Shown: positions 47,501 through 64,000 of the stretch, piece after piece
Position numbering within the stretch: the first letter of the stretch is position 1
How the letters are laid out: each line of letters starts with the position of its first letter
Assembly (NCBI GenBank): GCA_965637545.1
Contig: OZ281494.1
Location: forward strand, 2,418,001 to 2,482,000
Reading direction: 5' to 3'
Length of the DNA stretch: 64,000 nucleotides
Source: Phallusia mammillata
Lineage: Eukaryota
Notes under the pieces: model-generated
What the model was told of the DNA's origin: nothing
Seen by the model: the letters and a program-made list of their open reading frames with translations, nothing else
Database searches by the model: none
Translations under genes and position numbers: made by a program

Positions 47501-48119
47501 CGTAAATAGCTTTTGTACAGATGGGATATACCACAGCATTTTTCTTTTTTCATTCCTAATTTTTTTTCGATTATACATTGTATAAAAGCAATTTAGAAGC
47601 TAAACAATTCAGCATCCTATAATAAAAAGGCCAGTGCTTCAGCCACCGCTTTACAGAGCATTAGTTTTTGGAAATAGTACAATAATGTGTTGGTGTTGAT
47701 CACCAATGCATGGTAGCAAACACATAAAGTGTTGGAGTTGGAACACAGGTTATAACCACCAACAATCAATGCTTTTTTGACAGCCCAGAGCCTTGCAAGC
47801 AAATCTGTGTACATTTACAGTGATCTAGATTACAAAACGCATGGTGCGGCCAACAGAAAGTTTCAGACCAATTAGTGCAACAACAACTACACACACACAA
47901 CACAACAACAAAGACACACATAACATAAAACCATTGCTCCGTAATTCAAGACATCCTAATATCAATTTACCCTAAGTTCATCTTTTTTGGGGGAGTTTAG
48001 ATACATAGTTACATGTAGAGCCTGACATAGGCTTTTTTATGTATTGTATACAGGTATTTGTTATGTTTTTTTAAGTTGGAATGAAGCAAAGTATATTAAA
48101 ATCCAGTAAGCATCAAGAC

Positions 48120-48337
48120 CAGTGATTCTCAAACTCGGTTTTTGGGGGCGCATGCGGATCCCAACTACTTATTTTGCGGCTCGCATCAGACCCCAGAAAA
48201 CCACCAAACATTGCTATTTTAGCTTTCAAAGTAATAATCTTTAGTGATTTTCTCAAGGTTTTGTTTGTTTTGCGGCTCTCTACACACTTTAAAAAATACC
48301 ATTTGGCCCCGACAATAAAAAAGTTTGAGAACCACCG
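48120..48337. mobile_element. hAT-type MITE in the presumed HIPK 3' region
   Basis: TIRs CAGTGATTCTCAAACT / AGTTTGAGAACCACCG; perfect TSD ATCAAGAC; same family as 62298-62818. Confidence 0.88.
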
Positions 48338-48936
48338 ATCAAGACCAGTGCATTGTTTTAATCAGTTTATCAGTTGCCAAACCCAATATAATTTATGGAC
48401 CAAAGCATGAAGTAATGAAACTTGTAACAAGCACAGACCAAATGTGTGTACAACAGAATAAACAAACCCATACATCAGCATTAAAATAGGCTTGTTTGTA
48501 AACCTACATGTAAAACTGCTGATGCTACATGACATACACTGCACTTATGTGCACATTATAAATCAATGAATGTCATGATATTTGGAATATGAAACATTGG
48601 CATACGGACAAAGCCCACTGAGGGGTATCGGAGTAAAATAAACAGCCTAAGTAGCTAAAGGCAAGGATGCAATTTCACAAAACACTAAGCAAGTCGACGC
48701 GTTGTCACCCAGAACAGCAAGGGCTGATTATAACATTATGAGCGTAGTACAATACCGTTGAGTATATAAAAGGCAGCTACAAGGTTCGTACACTACATTA
48801 AAACACGCACACGTTTTCCACACAGCACGTACATTGGTATACTGATGCAAATATCACTACAACGTTTAAACGCGCAACACCAGTCCCCGATTATGGTCAA
48901 ATCGAGGTTGGTTACAGAGCAAATAGTTTTTCCGAC

Positions 48937-64000
<15,064 letters not shown>

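Overview
This is AT-rich (roughly 36% GC by eye), intron-containing animal genomic DNA, most likely from a tunicate/ascidian or similar invertebrate chordate (inferred from compact introns, chordate-like proteins, a retained U12 intron and unpaired acceptors just upstream of start codons). I assembled six protein genes by hand from splice sites and phases. (1-2) Two tandem minus-strand paralogues of a divergent gamma-butyrobetaine-hydroxylase-like (BBOX1/TMLHE family) Fe(II)/2OG dioxygenase; the left one runs off the window. (3) A large plus-strand gene (about 1,814 aa) that I cannot name, with five dispersed CARD-like death-fold segments and a C-terminal SAM domain. (4) NOB1, with an intronless CDS. 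(5) ZCCHC8, head-to-head with NOB1 and carrying an AT-AC U12 intron. (6) The 3' part of a HIPK kinase gene. Introns and spacers hold many non-autonomous DNA transposons (hAT-type with 8-bp TSDs, some nested; Tc1/pogo-type; one foldback element) and tRNA-derived SINE heads. The most notable signals are two apparently intact minimal type-I hammerhead ribozymes in sense orientation inside introns (HIPK, 57301-57372; dioxygenase B, 14595-14633), two degenerate hammerhead-bearing repeat families (one built as a palindrome with a ribozyme motif in each arm), the multi-CARD/SAM scaffold with a possible dual-frame exon switch, and a doubled Zn-site motif in the dioxygenases. All domain calls are by eye; no database search was run.
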